Part shown: positions 10,497-31,116 of the stretch, piece by piece
Numbering within the stretch: the first letter of the stretch is position 1
How the letters are laid out: every line of letters starts with the position of its first letter
Assembly (NCBI GenBank): GCA_965112735.1
Contig: OZ218955.1
Location: 3,162,001 to 3,226,000, forward strand
Origin: Phaeosaccion multiseriatum
Taxonomy: Eukaryota; Protista; Ochrophyta, other classes
Direction: 5' to 3'
Length of the DNA: 64,000 bases
The notes under the pieces: model-generated
Told to the model about the DNA's origin: nothing
Database searches by the model: none
What the model saw: only the letters and a program-made list of their open reading frames with translations
Made by a program: the position numbers and the translations under genes

Positions 10497-12760
10497 ATGG
10501 CTCCTCTGCAGACCTTCGGTGTAGTGGCTGCCGTGGCGCTTGGGGCACTGAACTCGTGCGGTGTAGATGGGTTTGTGGCAGGCAATGGCGCATTAATAGC
10601 TGCAGCAGGTTCCACCAGAGGGGTGGCAAGGGTGCATGACTGCAATCGGGTAAGTGGAAGGGGGAAGAGAGCAGTGCCCTGGCGGAGGAAGGGCGGACCG
10701 GGAGTGGAAGGGCGGGGTTAGGGGGGTCGAGGAAAGAGTGGGACGGAGTCCACCGAAACTGTGGTACGACACCGACAACAACGCAGAGAGGCAAGCTGGG
10801 TTGTTGGAAGCAAAAAAAACGCAGACTCTGCAAGAGTTTTCGGAGAAGGAAGAAGAGGCGATGGACGAGTTGAGGAAGACGAGAGCGCTGGAGAGGAGCG
10901 TCATTCCCAGAGTGAATCGGCCACAGCAGCAAGGGCGTTTCCCCTGCACGTTGCCACGCGAGACTCAAGAGTGGACGGCCGGTCTCCTTATGCGGGTGGT
11001 GTTAGCGGTGACGGGTCCTCCCATGATGCGTGGTGCACTGGTGAAGTGGTGGTGGTAAGAGTCTCCCTTCCCTGTGGGCTGGATATAACGGAGAGGACTT
11101 CACTCCCACCCACACAACCGCGCTGATTGTAGAAGTAGCAGCAGCAGCAGCAGCAGCAGCAAGTCAGCATGTGGATGTAGCGAAGGCATAACGGAAGCTG
11201 GCCCATGAGGATTGCTACCAGGAGAAAGACAGAAGAACGGAGAATGAAACATTTTCCCTCTCCCCAAACGGGCCAAGTGACACCCTCTTAGTAACGCGGA
11301 GGCTTTATGCGGGGGGGAGGCCTGCATTGTCTTTGTGGAACTTCGGTAGTAATTCTAGAGTGGTAGCAATACTATAGAGCGAGAGTGAGCAGCCTTCCAC
11401 TCGGGCAACTTTGGAAGGCTGCGCTCTCTTCTTCTCATGAGTATCCCCCTTTCTCAGCCCTTGCGTCACCTCCCTCCCTCTCCCCTCCTTATTTCCCCCC
11501 TCTCCCTCCCCTCACCACCACAGCTGCACATGGGCGGCGCGAAAGGCGTGGCGTCTACTAAAGTGGGCAAGAAGCTGAAGATAGACAAGATCTCGGCCGC
11601 CCTGGGCAAGTCTACCCTCGTCTTCTCTGTGCCGATTGATTCCGTCACCGCCAACCAAATGGTCACCATCCGCAAGGCTATGCCTGCCACCACGGAGATG
11701 ATGGTAAGGCAGTGAGACGGACAGCCAGAGGACGACGACGATGCCTCTACTGTTGTGTATCACCAACTGATGGTGTAGCTGTATCACCCGTGGCTGTACT
11801 GCCTACTGAGCAGCTTCTATTACTGCTGCTGTTGCTGCTACTGCTCCTGCTATATCGCCAGCTGCTGGCTTTGGTTTTGCTGTTGTGACTACCCCCGACT
11901 GCTTTGGTTGGTTGGCTGAAATCTATTCCTTGGTCTTTTCTTTGCCTTTCGCCTTCGCTTTGCCTTTGGTCTCTCACGTCCCACCTCCCTCGTGCCATCA
12001 TTCGTCGCGGGCGTTTGTCCTCCTCCTCCTCGTCTTCTTCCTCGTCCTCCTCCTCCTTCTCCTCCACCCCTCTCCTCATCCTCCTCCTCCGTCAGCTCTG
12101 CAAGAACACTCTGTTCCGGAAGGCAGCTGAAGGCACCCAGTGGGACGTCCTGCTGGCGCCTGACACCGAGTACCTCAAGGGCGAGAACATGTGGATCATG
12201 GTGGAGGAGGAGTACAAGGCCAGCATCGACACCTTCTTCGAGTAAGTGTTTGAGTTTCAGTTTTAGGGGCGTACTTTAGTGTTTGAGCTTCAGTTTTAGG
12301 GGCGTACTTTAGCAGTGTGTTTTTGCTTCCTTTCTTTTCCTTGAACTGCTTTCGTCCTCGTCCTTCCGCGCCTTGCCTCGCCTTCCTCCTCCACTCACGC
12401 CTTCCCTCCAATCCACCCAAACCACCCACACCCCCAACCACACACACCACAACCACCCAACCACACCCAACCAGCAATATGTCGGAGATCTTCCCCAAGA
12501 AGGACAGAGTAGTTCAGATGCAAGTCGGTGTCATGGAGGGCTCCATCATCGACGAGGCAGGCCTCAGGGCCATTCGCAAGCTGCCCACACGAGAGGAGCT
12601 CTACGCCACCATTGCCAGCCGAATCAAGGCAGTACCCACCAACCTTGCTCTGCGTATCAAGGCTGTGCCGACCAAGGTTGGACGCGCCATTAGCCTGGCC
12701 AACGATGAGATCCATAAGGGAGAGGCGGGAGCTGAGCCAGCAGCTGATGTGGTGGCGTAG
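10497..12760 (+). CDS. rpl10: Nucleus-encoded plastid 50S ribosomal protein L10 (uL10c) with bipartite targeting presequence
   Basis: Exons 10497-10649, 11524-11703, 12096-12241, 12475-12760 are phase-compatible. uL10 motifs LCKNTLFRKAAEGT and LPTREELYATIA..IKAVPT. Signal peptide MAPLQTFGVVAAVALGALNSCGVDG-FV fits a complex-plastid cleavage motif. Confidence 0.88.
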
Positions 12761-13108
12761 GAGTTTTTTGGGGTTTGGTTTGGACTGGGGTTGTGTGTGT
12801 GTGTGTGGAGTAACGTGTTTAGAGTGTCGATGAGAGTACATGAGACGACGCGATGGAAGTGAATTGAAAGCCTTTACTAGGGACGAACGCTACAAGGGGC
12901 GACGAACAGGGGGGGGACAAAACGGGGAAGAGGTGCCCCCTGTGGCAGATGGCAGTAGAGGGCAGTAGGCCTTGCTTTCGACACGACCGACGTCGTACTG
13001 AGTCGCTGGATTCGAATGCTCTTAATGATGCAAGCATGCAAGCACAATGCACCGTTACATAGACACCACACGCTTGTGGGAGCACACCCTCTCTCTGTGT
13101 GTCGCTTG

Positions 13109-13304
<196 letters not shown>

Positions 13305-13648
13305 TCCTCTCTCTCTCCCTCTCTGCCACTGGCTGCCACACTCTCTCTGCCCTATTCACTACCACCTTCACAGCCTTTGCTATTTCTCTCATCGAATTAA
13401 TCAACACATGCACCGGTACACGTCTTTTCTGTTCCATCTTACGTAATCTTTTTTGAAAGTTTAGTAAATTCGTCTTCACACGCCATTCAGCAAGCAGAGC
13501 CCCTAGGTTCTGTTGGCTCATGTGAGTGAGGATGGCACAGCCGAGGGAAATGTAGAGCAGGCATGTCCTCCCTCTTAGGTAAGTATGTACAGCGGTGAAG
13601 AGAAGTCAGCCCGCGCATCCCTATTGTCCCTCTGCTGCTGTATCACCA

Positions 13649-13695
<47 letters not shown>

Positions 13696-14014
13696 AGCAC
13701 CAACCGCGGCGGTTGGTTCTGTTGGTGTTGTCGTCCGTCCAAAAGCCCCAATGGACCAACAACGCCGACAACAAATGAATGTGCAGCAGTTACAGAATAG
13801 TCCGCGGCCCTTGTTCGGCCGTCCGTTTGTCTGTCCGGCCGTGGGCACCCCTTCACATTCCCCTTCACCTTCGCTCTGTCTTCTCTCTTGCCCCTCTCTT
13901 CTCTTCTCTCCTCTCCTCTCCCCCTCCCCGTCCTCTCCCCTCCCCCCTCCTCTCCCCCTCCCCCACTCCGCTCTCCCGGGCACCACCTTAGCAGTCACAA
14001 CCAGCCACTTGCCA

Positions 14015-19943
<5,929 letters not shown>

Positions 19944-20584
19944 GAACAATACTACGCAGCCCCACCGTAGAGTCAGGTAGACCCAAGGCCTTTGATTGCC
20001 GCTCCTCCTCTCCCTGAAGACGACCCGACGATGAAGAAAAGTGAAGGGAGTCGTACAGCTAGTAGTGTTACTGCTGCTGCTGCTCCTGCTGCTGCTGTTG
20101 CTGCTACTACTTCTGCTGCGCCATGCCCTGTCCCGGCCGTGGGGTGGAAGGCAGGTGTTGTTTCCCACTCGTTGCTGCTATTCAAGAGCTCTTCTGCCCG
20201 CCTCGTTCGCCCTGTGTACAATACGCTCTCTAGCTATTCGGTGATGCTCTTCTAATGGCCTACTCTTCTCTCTACTTCACAGTGGTGATTAAAAGGTCGA
20301 CGTGACTTTGTGGTGGATTCAAACACGATCCAGTTTGCATTCCGGCTTCTGTGATTTACGTAAGCTTACGTGTGGTGTGGAGAGGGGGGCTGTTCTGGAG
20401 GACTTTGAAAGGCTCAAGAAAGAAAAGAGAGGGGAATGGAGGCACAAAAATAAAGGGGCACTTGGCAGCTGAGGGAGCTGCAACGCAGAGGTCGGGCGGG
20501 AGCAAGGCAACACCCCGGAATCTACACACACACACACACCTACTTCTACCTCCTCCCCCCGATCGGGAAAGAGGTCAAGCAAAG

Positions 20585-23500
20585 ATGGTGCAGCCCTTGC
20601 AGGGGGTAGTCACTGCCATTCAGAAGTACGAGGCGGGGCTAGGAGTGGCCTCCTCCTCCGCGCCTTCTCCTCCAAGGGCTCCATCGGCGGAAGGAGGGGG
20701 CGGGGATGAGATGGACGTGGCTCTGGACATGGAGGAGGTGATGAGCAACAACAGCAAGTCCGCAAAGGCGAGTGGGAAGCGCGGCGGCGATAGCAGGGGG
20801 GGCGTGGGGGGTAAAGGAGGGGAGAGAGGAGGAGGCGGCGGTGGAAGTAGCTCGAGGTACGGTACCCAGTTGCTAAAGGACCTGCACCAAGGCTTGACGA
20901 GGGAGGCGCGGGCAATGCTCCTGGCGGGCAGGGAGAGCTATGGCCAGGCTTTACAGCAGGATGTGGAGGGGGCAGTTTCGTCCGGGGGGGGGAAGGGTGG
21001 GCAGGACGCTGGCGGGGGCAGCAGTCGCAGTGGTCCGGGAGGAGGCGGGGCGGCGTCCTCGTCAGGAGGAGCGGCAGCAGCAGCGGCAGGGGCAGGGGCT
21101 TCAGCTGATGACGGTGCGGCTGCTGCCGCCCCGGACCCGATGGAGGACGGCGATGAGAGCATGGGGGGGGGGGGGGGGGCACAAGCAGCTCCCGAGTCTA
21201 CAGCAGAAGGGGTGGAAGAACAAAAGGCGGCCGGCACCCCCCCTCCAGAGGAAGCAGCAGCAGCAGCAGCAGCAGCAACCGCAGCAGCTAGTGATACAGC
21301 AGCGGGAGCCACGCAGCAGGTAGATGCAGAGGCGGCAGAAGCTATGGCGGTGGCGGCCCAGGCCCAGGCAGAGGAGGACGAGGCGGCGACGGCGGCGGCG
21401 GTGGCAGCAGCTGCTGTGGAAGGGGCAGCAGAGGTAGCAGCGATAGCGGCCAGGCCAGGCGGGCTCGGAGCCCAGCTGCGCGACTTTGGGGGGGTGGCGA
21501 ACCCACTCTTGGAGCTGGCGAGCACTCTGTGTCCCGAGCGGATGGGGCTGGCCGTGGCGCACATACTCGCTGCGCAGGTGTGTGGGTGTGGGTGTGAGTG
21601 TGGGCGTGTGTGTGTGTTTTGGGTGGATGCATGTATGTGTGTGGGTGTTGATAGGTGTGTGGGTGTGGGTGGGTGGGTGGGTGGGTGGGTATGTATATAT
21701 ATATGTGTGTGGGCGCGCAAGAGAGTGTGTCTTGGGCTCCTGTGCGAGAATAGTATTGCTCTCTGCTCTCTCTGCCGGGTGCTGATGGACTGCGATTATG
21801 TCAGTGATGCTTTATGCACCTGCTGATAGACTGCGATTATGTCAGTGATACTTCATGCACCTGCGCCGCACACCACCCTCTTTAGCTCCTTGTTTTATCT
21901 CTCACTTGTTTTCACACTTCAACTTCCCTTTTCCACCGTTGTTTAGCTATGCTCTCCTCCTTTTTCTTCGCCGGCCCCTCTCATCTCTCCCTCCTGCGTG
22001 TCCCCGTGCGTGTGTATGTGTGTGCGTGTGCGTGTGCGTGCGTGTGCGTGTGCGTGTGCGTGTGTGTGTGCATGTGTGTATGTATGTATGTATGTATGTA
22101 TGTATATATGTATGTTCGTGCGTATATATGTGTGTATCGTGTGTGTGTATGTGTACGTATGTGCGTCTGCGTGTGGCAGGTGGATGTATGTCCGTATGAC
22201 GAGCGCTTCATGCCTTTGGCTCGGCAGCTGCTGCTCCAATGTCCAGCAGCGCACATGCAGCAGTGTCCCAAGGTCAGAGAGGCAGGCCGACAGGCCCAAG
22301 GGGTCCCGTGGGGAGGCATGGGAATAAGTTGGTAGTACAGTGGCCTGTCCTGTGAGGTCCTTGGGTCGCTGTGCAGTACATCCCTTCTCTCTGCTCTATA
22401 CCATAGGCACCCATCCACCCACCCACCCACCCACCCACCCACTTTCCACCCACCCACCCACCCACCCACTTACGCACCCCTTCCACCCACGCACTCACGC
22501 ACGCATGCACTCGCAGCATTTCTTTGCCGTGTGTGAGCGCTTCTCTCAGCAGAGCATCAGCAACGACCTCGCTTTGAAGGTAAGGGTTTTTCTCTCGTTT
22601 CTGTCCTTCTCCACCTCTCATTCCTCTCTCTCTCTCCCCCCCTCTCTCTCTCGTCTTCCTCTCCTATTCTCCCGCTCAAACCCGTGTCGATCACAGCAAA
22701 TAGTGACGCATCACCACAACATCACATCACAACTGAACTGACGTGATTCATTGCCTTACTTCACGATTCACTGCCTTGCTGACTTGATTCATAGCCTTAC
22801 TGCCATTGATTGATTGCCTACTCACTTCTCTCTCTCTCTCTCTCACTGTGTGTGTGTGCTGTACGTGTGCGTCTACCTGTGTTTGTGTCATCCTGCTTCC
22901 CTCCTGCTGCAGGCGATTCGACCGTTGCAAGTGGCCGCCGAGCGACTGGCTCCATCTAACGTGTGCTTAACGCCCGTCCATACCGAGCTCCTTCACTGCG
23001 CCATCAGCGCCAAGTGTTACCACGTCGCCTTCAAACTCCTGGTGAGGAGGGACTAAATCGACTGACTTGGCGGACTTGGCGGACTTGACGGACTCCACAA
23101 GAGGGAGGGAGGGAGGGCACGCTGTCTCTCTTTTCAACTTGTTGTTGTTGGTTGCGAGTCGTACGGGAAGGACGAGGGAGAGTGAGAGTGAGAGTGGGTC
23201 CTAGGGACGCCCACGCCTACCTCTGCCTCCTCTGTCATCTGTGAGTCTGTGTGTTTCATTCAACCCGATCCCCTCCCCCCGTATGCCTCTACCCTATCCC
23301 CCCCCCCCCTACCCACCCCCCCACCCACCTAGGAGGATCGGCCAGTGCTCGAAGTGCAGCCCAAGAACACGGCCCTCACCGCCGTTCACCTCCTGCGCTA
23401 CTTCTACTACGGGGGTGTGGCATGTGTGGCCCTCAAGCGCTGGAAGAAGGCCATCCTGCAGTTCCAAATGGTACGTGGTACGACGTATGCTATGAAAGTA

Positions 23501-25903
23501 CTCCATCCCCCTCTGTGGGTGCTCATCATTCATCGTCCGGCATCGTTTATCATCTGTGGATGGAATGGATGCAGAGTGAGTTCACACACCCATCCTTTCC
23601 TGCCTGCCTCCCTGACATGCCCTCCCCCCCCCACCACCCCACCCTCTGCACACAGGTCATCTCCACGCCCGCTTCGAGCCTGTCCGCAATCGCCGTGGCC
23701 GCCTACAAGAAGATGATCCTCTGCGGCCTCATCCTCAGGTACGGGCGTTGGTTGTTTGGCTGCCACAGTCACAGCTGGTACACAGCGCAGAAGGTCTCTT
23801 TCCCTCCCCTCCCTCTCCTCTCCTCTCCTCTGAAACTGAGACTGGAAACTGACTGTTCCGGAAACTCATGCTTATCTGATCCTTGTCCTTATCCTATCCC
23901 CTAAATGGAGCCTCTTATTTCTATCCCTATCTGAGCCTCTAGTTTCTATTCCTATCTGAGCCTCTATTTCTATCTTTATCCCCACATCTCTTATCGCACA
24001 GAATTGTACTCCTCCGATTCGTAATCAACCAATCTGTACTCCTCCGATTCGTAATCAACCAATCAACCAATCAACCACCCTTTTGTGTCCTCTCTCAGCG
24101 GAGCCCCTCCCGAACTGCCCAAATACACCTCCCCTGGCGTGATGCGCGCCATTCGCCTCTGCGTAGAGAAGTACAGCAAGTTTGCCAAGTGGTGAGTGAG
24201 TGAGTGGGGGGATGGCAGTGGATGCAAATTGATAGGAGGGCGGGAGGGAGGGAGGGAGGGAGGGAGGGAGGCTGCCCTGTCCCTTTCACTGACTTATTTC
24301 ACTACCTTCGGTTGCCTGCTGCCATCCCACGCCGTTGGTTGCCATCCACAGCTTCAAAGCCGGCAAGGCGGACAAGCTACAGGAGCTGTACAAGGAGAGC
24401 GAGGAGACGTTTCGCTCCGACGGCAACTGCGGCCTGGCCAAGCAGGCCCTCACCGCCCTCACTCGGCAAAAGATCAGCAAGCTCACGCACTCCTACATTA
24501 CTCTCAACCTCCAAGGTGTGTGTGTGAATGGGTGGGTGGGTGGGTGTGTGTGTGGGTGGGTTTGTGCGTGTGGGTGTTGGTGTGGGTGTGGGTGTGTGGG
24601 TGTGTGGGTGTATGTGTATGTGGGCGTGTGTATTTGTGTGTGTGTGCGTGTGTGTGTGCGTCAATGAGTTCAATGGGTTGGATGTGTGTTGTGCTCGCTT
24701 GCTTGCTGATTTGATGGTTTTTTCGGAGGAGGGGAAGAAAGATTTCCTTTTATCTGTCCCTGACGGCTCCGCGTTCCTTCCTGACACCCCTCACACTCTG
24801 CCCTGACACCCCTCACACTCCGTCCTGACACCCCTGACACATGACAGACATGGCCAACTCTGTAGGGCTGTCCTCCGCCGCAGAAGCCGAGGACCACCTC
24901 CTTCACCTCATCGACAGGGGGGAGCTCTGCGCGGCCATCGAACACCCCTCCGGTAAGTCAAGGATTCACTGTGTGGGTGCGTGGATGGGTTAAGTCAATG
25001 ATTCCCTGGGGGGGGGCGGTGTCATGAGGTATGGGGATGCATGGGTGCGAAGACACCGCGAGTTGATGACTCTCTCTGACTCTCCCTGACTCTCTCTGAC
25101 TCTCTCTGACTCTCTCTGACTCTCTCTGACTCTCTCTGACTCTCTCTCCCTCTGTGTGTGTCCCTCCCTTTCTCTTTCTCTCTTCTCTCCTCCCTCTTTG
25201 TCTCCCCCTCCCAACCCTTCTCTCTTCACCCTCCCCTCCCTCCCCCCACCCTTCTGTCTTCTCCCCTCCCCCCCCCCCAGGCACTGTGCTCTTCAAGGAG
25301 GATGCCGAGGAATTCTCTTCTAACCGCATGCACAGCAAACTGGAGTCCGAACTGGCGGCCACCGTGAAGCTCTGCGAAAGGGTCAAGGCCATCGATGACC
25401 GCATCTCCATAAGCCACGAGTATATTAGCAAGGTGGGTGGGGTCTAGTAGTAGTATAAGCCAATATTTGAGTAAAGTGTTTTTTCAACGTTTCAGACGTT
25501 TCAGTGGTCCCGTGCCATCCATACTACAATGCGATGGGCAAGAGGACGGCGGGGAGGACATGCACCCATCCATCCCCTATGTTTTCCCCTCCATTTTTCG
25601 TTCATTCACTCATTTCAGTCTCTCTGCGCTCACTTTCACTTACTCTTAACACTTCCCTCCCCTCTCCTCTCCTCTCCTCTCCTCTCCTCTCTCCCTTCCT
25701 CCCTCCCTCTCTCCCTCCCTCTCTCCCTCCCTCCCTCCCTCCCTCCTCCCCCTCAGACTCAGCAATCGGGTGACGCGTATGACACTCTTCCCCTCGGCGC
25801 CCCCCCTCCCCTTGACGATCCCTCGTCCTCCTCCTCCTCGGCGGGAGACCTCCTCACCCGCAGCGGCCTCATGTCGCTGGGCCCTGGCTCCTCCTTCATG
25901 TGA
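20585..25903 (+). CDS. CSN3: COP9 signalosome subunit 3 (PCI domain; multi-exon)
   Basis: Exon peptides [12 protein letters not shown]...[66 protein letters not shown]...[25 protein letters not shown] are characteristic of CSN3. The first exon 20585-21577 is long and Ala/Gly-rich. Confidence 0.92.
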
Positions 25904-25962
25904 TTCTAAGGGGGACTGCTTCGATTTTGGCGCATGCTCCCGGGCAAGTTGGCAAAAGTCCC

Positions 25963-26013
<51 letters not shown>

Positions 26014-26376
26014 GTCTCTCTCTCTCCCTCTCTCTCTTCTCTCTCTCTCTTCTCTGTCTCTCCCTCTTTCTCTATCTCTCTATTCTCTCTCTCAACAGGC
26101 CTTCACTTCGTACATCCGTACCGTGCGTGGGATTGGTGTGTGGAAGGGACGAAAGGGGCAGCAGAGCACCAAATTTCCCGATTTTGAAAAACACATGATA
26201 CAATCCCTTGTTCCTTAAGGATAACTTATCTAACAATGAACGAATGCAATTGAGTGTATGCAGTTACGTTGAAGGACTTCAAGCACGAAAGAGAGTTGGG
26301 GGCGGTTACATTTTACATTTGACTCCTGCTTCTGGCGTTGACTGCGGAACATGCATGAGATGGCAGTATTGGATGG

Positions 26377-26442
26377 TCTTGGATCGATCTACTGTCGATC
26401 CACTGTCTGTCTCTTGGATCGATCTACTGTCGATCCACTGTC
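26377..26442. repeat. 31-bp direct repeat x2 (tcttggatcgatctactgtcgatccactgtc)
   Basis: Copies at 26377-26407 and 26412-26442. Confidence 0.85.
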
Positions 26443-26999
26443 GTGTCAGTCATCGCCACATCCACAGCCAATCACTTGAAGCTGCTGCTGTTGTTGTATC
26501 ACCAACTGCTGGAGCTGCTGTGTCACTAACCGCTGCTGCATATAGGAACGACTGTATACCACCAGCTGGTGCTGCTCCTACTGTATCACCAACTGCCTGC
26601 CCCTGCTCCTCGGCCCGTTCCATTCTTCAAGCCGAAACCAACCAAAAAGCAGCAGCGCAAGGGGAGTTGGCGCTTGAGAGGGCGCTGCTTGAACTCTCAG
26701 CGGCACCCTCCTCAGCCTCCTTTTACCCTCCCTCAACCTCTCCTCACTGCCTCCTAACTGTCACCCCCCCCCCCCCATCCTCGTCACCACCCTCCCTCTG
26801 AAATCATTTGTTCGCTATGTACACCATCCACAGGGCCACAGGGGGGGCGTGCGTTCCCCCTTGAGCATGATGAGCGTTGAATCCCTCCCTCCCCCCTCCT
26901 CCACCGTTTCCCTCAGTCTCTCTCCTCATCCTCCTCGTTCTCCTCCTACTATGCCCCCCCTCATCCTCGTCGTCGTTGTCCGAGGCCTCCTGATCCTCT

Positions 27000-27615
27000 T
27001 CAAATGATCGACGCCAAGGAATAAGCGGCAGACACTCGAGAGCTCCGCTCATCTCCACCGTCGGCATCATCATCATCATCCTCCTCCTCCTCCTCTCCCC
27101 CCCCCTCCTCCTCCTCCTTCTCCTCCTCCTCGTCCTCCTCCTCCTCCTCCTCCTCCTCCTCCTCCTCCTCCTCCTCCTCCTCTTCCTCCTCCTCCTCCTC
27201 CTCCTCCTCCTCCTCCTCCTCCTCATCCTCTGAAGAAGAAGCCAACCCCGGCCATTCTGCTGCCAGCTCCGCCTCCTCCTTCCTCCTCCTCTTCTCCTCC
27301 TCGTACTCGAGGTTGTCCGTCCGCAGCTCCAAGCGACAAGTAGGGCAAGAGTTGCGCTGCTCTAACCAGGGGTGGATACAGTCGGCGTGAAAGCGATGCC
27401 CACAAGGAAGAGCTTTGACGCTCTCCCCTTCCTCAAACACGTCCTGGGCAACAACAACAAAAGGGGGGGGTGGGGGGGATAACAGAGGGTAGGTTGGTGT
27501 CAGAACAGAGGGGTGGTGGGTGGGGGTGAATGGGTCGGTTAGTGGGTGTCATTGGGTGTCATTACAGACGTGGGGGTGGGGGTGGGGGTGGACATACGTA
27601 CAAAACGCGGTCCTT

Positions 27616-27659
<44 letters not shown>

Positions 27660-30600
27660 CTTGCAAACTGCACACTCCAGGGGGTACTCCATGCCGGTGG
27701 AGGAGCCTACCACTCCCTCTTCTCCCTCCCCTTCCCCCCCGCCTCCTTCTTTGCCGCCCCCTCCCGCCTCTATCCGAGTGATGATGACCGTCTCGAGGTT
27801 CTCCACAACCTCTTGAGCGGCAGGAGGAGGCCCTTGCTGTTATTGGAGGGAGGGTATGGGTATATGGGTAGTAGCGTTTTCAGTGACATATGTGCGCGGG
27901 GTGGGGCGCGGTGGTGGTGGTGTGTAGCACAGGGGCACGGGGGTAGACAGAGGAGAGGGGCAGAAGCAGGGTCAGGGTGAGGTTGAGGGTGAGGGTTAGG
28001 GTCGGGGTCACGGTTACGTTCAGGGGTAGCGGTCAAGGTCAGGGTCAGGGTCAGCAGTTGGTGATACAGGTCCAGGATGGATAACAGGGCCAAACAGTGT
28101 TCGACCATTGTGTCCGTCTCTTTAGCCTTTCTTCCCTCCCTCCCTCCTTCTCTCCCTCCCTCCCACCCCCACCCTCCCTCAACTCACCCTCGCGGCGTCA
28201 GCTGCAGCGAGTCGCTCGATAATGGAGCTAAGGTCTCCAAAAGCGTAGTCCCCGAGATTCAGCCCTGCAGCCCCTCCCCCCCCTGGACCTCCCATCTGCA
28301 AGAACGCTTGCAGCTGCTCCCCCATCCCCCCCATCATCATGATTCCGCCCAAAGGCCCCAGATCGCCCATGCCTCCCCCACCCCCTCCTCCTCCTCCTCC
28401 TCCTCCTCCTCCTCCCCCTCCTCCTTCTTCTTCTGCTGCTGCTCTTGCTGTTCCTCCTCCTCCTCCCCATCCTGGCGGCGGAAGTCCGATTCCCCCCACG
28501 ACCACTGAGCCGTCCTCTGGGCCCAGGCCTAGAGAGGACAGGAGAGTGTTGAGCATCGGCGCACCAATCCCCTCCCCTCCACCCCCTCCTCCTCCTCCTC
28601 CTCCACCACCACCACCCCCTCCACCCCCTCCACCCCCTCCTCCTCCTTCTCCTCCTCCTCCTCCTCCTCCTCCTCCTCCTCCTCCTCCTCCTCCTCCCCC
28701 GGCTGCCGCTCTTCCGCCATTCGTGTTTCCCATAGTGTTTCCAGACGGCCCCACCAGGAGTTGACCGAGGATACCCTGTATGGTGTTCTGCAGTTCCACC
28801 GGCCCTCCTCCTCCTCCTTCTTCTCCTCCTCCTCCTCCTCCTCCTCCTCCTCCTCCTCCTCCTCCTCCTCCTCCTCCTCCTCTCCCCCTTCCTCCTCTCC
28901 CGCTTCTACCTCCTTCTCCTCGCGGGTGAGATTGACTTCTGGGAATATGGTGAATTGAGACGAGTTGGTGATTCAGGAGGAGGAGGAGGAGTAGGGGGGT
29001 TGGCTGTAGAGGGACAATGATAGAGGACACAGAACATAGTGGGAGGACATTCCCTCCCCTCCCTCCCTCCCTCCCTCCTTCCCTTCTTCCTCACTCTCCC
29101 CCTCCCTCTCCTCCATCCCTCGCTCCTTCCCACCAGCTTCCATCCACTGCCATCCCTCCACTCCACGCACCTGGTGGAAAGGAAGCCCCTCCCGCTGCCC
29201 CTTGTCTCAGGAGTGAGAGTGCTGAGGAATTGTATGAAGTCGTTACGCTCACGGCCTCCTGCTGGTCCCACTTCTTCCACGAAACTGTCGTGACACTGCT
29301 CAAGGGAAGAGATATATAGAGAGAGAGAGAGACAGGAAGGGAGGGAGAGAGGGAGGGCGGAGGAGAGGGACGGAGGATGGGAAGGAAATCAGGGGGGGAG
29401 AGAGAGAGGGGAGGGGAGGGACAGAGAGAGAGGGAGGGAGGGAGGGAGGGAGGGAGGGAGGGAGGGAGGGATGGAGGGGTAGGGGAAGCAAAGAGAGGGA
29501 GAGAGAGATGGAGGGATGGAGGGAGGGAGAAGGAGAGGGAGAGAGAGATGGAGGGATGGAGGGAGGGAGAAGGAGAGGGAGAGAGAGATGGAGGGAAAGC
29601 GGGAGGGAGAAGGAGAGGGAGAGAGAGATGGAGGGATGGAGGGAGGGAGAAGGAGAGGGAGAGAGAGATGGAGGGAAAGCGGGAGGGAGAAGGAGAGGGA
29701 GAGAGAGATGGAGGGAAAGCGGGAGGGAGAAGGAGAGGGAGAGAGATGGAGGGAAAGCGGGAGGGAGAAGGAGAGGGAGAGAGAGATGGAGGGATGGAGG
29801 GAGGGAGAAGGAGGGAGAGAGAGATGGAGGGAAAGCGGGAGGGAGAAGGAGAGGGAGAGAGAGATGGAGGGAAAGCGGGAGGGAGAAGGAGAGGGAGAGA
29901 GATGGAGGGATGGAGGGAGGGAGAAGGAGAGGGAGAGAGATGGAGGGATGGAGGGAGGGAGAAGGAGAGGGAGAGAGAGATGGAGGGAAAGCGGGAGGGA
30001 GAAGGAGAGGGAGAGAGAGATGGAGGGAAAGCGGGAGGTGAGTAGGAGAGGGAGAGAGAGATGGAGGGAAAGCGGGAGGTGAGTAGGAGAGGGAGAGAGA
30101 GATGGAGGGATGGAGGGAGGGAGAAGGAGAGGGAGAGAGAGATGGAGGGAAAGCGGGAGGGAGAAGGAGAGGGAGAGAGAGATGGAGGGAAAGCGGGAGG
30201 TGAGTAGGAGAGGGAGAGAGATGGAGGGATGGAGGGAGGTGAGTAGGAGAGGGAGAGAGATGGAGGGATGGAGGGAGGTGAGTAGGACGTGTTGCGGGGC
30301 TTCGCAGGGTTACAGCGCGCTGGAGAGTTGGGGCCTCGAGAAAAAGGCAAACAGAATGTCTGATGTGGCGCTTACCTCGTCACACTCCACCTCCGCTGTT
30401 GTGGGGTTGACGCTTGCTTCGACTCTGTGACTGGAGGGACATGAGGGCAATGCGATGCAGAGCAGGGCAAGAACAAAGAGGCAGGACAGAGTGGGAGAGA
30501 GAGAAAGGGGAGAGAGAGGGGGGGGGGGGGGTGGAGGCAGGCAGGGAGGGAGGGAGGGAGGGAGGGAGGGAGGGAGGGAGGGAGGGAGGGAGGGAAGAGA

Positions 30601-31116
30601 GAGAGGCGCACGCACGCGCGCGCACAAGGCGTGAGTGAGGCCATTTCTCGGCGGAAAAAGGCCAAACCAAGCGCAGGTAAGCGTAAAGAACAAGAGCCCG
30701 CCCCCAAAGCACAGATAAGCGACACGCGAGCGTGCACACAGTACAAGAGCCCACCAAGGAGGGTTGGTACACTTCTCCTGTTCCTCCTGAGGACACGACG
30801 GGGGGCAGCCTCGTGCTACCCTTCCTTCCCTTCTTACCCGCAAGTGTGGCAGTAAAACTCGGTCTCCTCGTCATCGTCGTCGTCCTCCATGCCATCATAT
30901 AACTCCGGCGGAGAGTCGCTGTCGCTATCTTCCCTATCGGAGAAGACAACAGGGGGTGAGTCCTCGCCGTCTGACAACGACACGAGCCCCGGGGGTCCAT
31001 CGCTGGCGCTATCGTCGTCACTATCGCCTAATTGGACCGGAGGGGGCGGACCGTCGTCCTCGGTGGGCGAGGCATCGTCCGTGTAGTTTGCCGGGCCAAA
31101 AAGCTGCTCCATCGCT

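Noticed and set aside
11020-11130. C/D-box snoRNA in rpl10 intron 1 (ATGATGC...CTGA)
   Set aside because: Imperfect box C, no clear terminal stem and no recognisable rRNA guide.
29091-30350. Long Pro/Ser/Leu or Arg/Glu/Gly ORFs
   Set aside because: Stop-free readings of an intronic minisatellite.
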